A stretch of DNA of 64,000 bases, from assembly GCA_030264375.1 (NCBI GenBank), contig JASCQW010000099.1:53511400-53575399 (forward strand). The letters are read 5' to 3'. Below are positions 63,293 through 64,000 of the stretch, piece after piece; positions within the stretch are counted from its first letter, which is position 1; each line of letters opens with the position of its first letter. The position numbers were made by a program, and so were the translations under genes. The stretch is from Carcharhinus longimanus (taxonomy: Eukaryota). Below the pieces are notes generated by a model that was not told the DNA's origin, did not search any database, and saw only the letters and a program-made list of their open reading frames with translations.

Positions 63293-63792
63293 AAGTCATA
63301 GATCCTACAGAACAGGAGGTCACTCAGTCCATCTTTCATGTGCCGGCTCTTCGAAAAAAACTATCACGTTAGTCTCATTCCAATGTTCTTTCCCTTCAGT
63401 CATGCAACATTTTTCCTTTCAATTGGTGATAATAAAATCTCTACAATGCAAAAGAAAGCCATTCAGCTCCTCGATTCTACACTGACCCTCTGAAAAAGAA
63501 AGTTATCCAGGCCCATCCCTGGCCTCCCTCACCTATACTCATAACCCAGCGCATTTACCATGGTTAATCCACCTAACCTACACATCTTTGGATACCAAGT
63601 TGTAATTTAGCATGGCCAATCCACCTAACCTGAACACCTTTGGAATGTGAAAGGAAACCGGAACACCGAGAGGAAATCCAAGCAGTTATGAGGAGAACGT
63701 GCAAACTCCACACAGCCACCCAAGGCAGGAATCAAACCTGGGTCCTTGGTGCTGTGAGGCAGCAGTGCTAACCACTCTACCACCTGGCACCC
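63293..63792 (-). mobile_element. HE1-type SINE (63530-63792) with adjacent CR1-like tail pieces
   Basis: aatttagcatggccaatccacctaacctg...gctgtgaggcagcagtgctaaccact; catagatcctacagaacaggagg tail. Confidence 0.88.
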
Positions 63793-64000
63793 CAAAGTTC
63801 TCTCTCCAAGAGCTTACGCACCATTCTCAGAGATAACAGACAAGCCAAAATTCAATTATATTTGGTAGAACTGGCAGCAAAATGAATGTCCTTCCAGTAG
63901 TATGAACAGGATTGGATTCTGAAAGCTTTGTACATTTACCAAACTTTCTAATTTTGTGCAGGGTGCATTGAAGAACAAGTAGATCCAATTCTTCTTTGAA

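Noticed and set aside
1-64000. Prokaryotic systems (CRISPR arrays, operons, defence islands)
   Set aside because: No regularly spaced repeats or long ORFs; the sequence is vertebrate repeat-rich DNA

Overview
AT-rich, repeat-dense vertebrate non-coding DNA, almost certainly from a shark (HE1-type V-SINEs, HER1/CR1 LINEs, L2, Deu-domain SINEs), in a draft assembly with nine N-gaps. No ORF in the track is a recognisable intact gene; most are SINE/LINE read-through. The window looks like a large intron or gene desert. It has one well-flanked candidate minus-strand exon (59856-59898), a possible in-frame partner (62029-62152) and several repeat-free blocks that may be conserved non-coding elements. 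Most notable: (1) a poly(A)-tailed retroelement headed by a perfect copy of U2 snRNA nt 5-40 (49437-49725; Keno/SINEU-like); (2) a Penelope-type repeat with an intact minimal hammerhead ribozyme core (47670-47703) plus decayed relatives; (3) a 3.3 kb Harbinger-type insertion splitting an inverted pair of hammerhead-type repeats; (4) a CpG-decayed tRNA-Asn copy abutting an HE1 SINE; (5) a 25-bp hairpin fully paired only on the minus strand (24144-24198); (6) solo LTRs and a MITE with visible target-site duplications. Repeat family names come from my recall of consensus motifs, not from database searches, and repeat boundaries are approximate unless a TSD is given.
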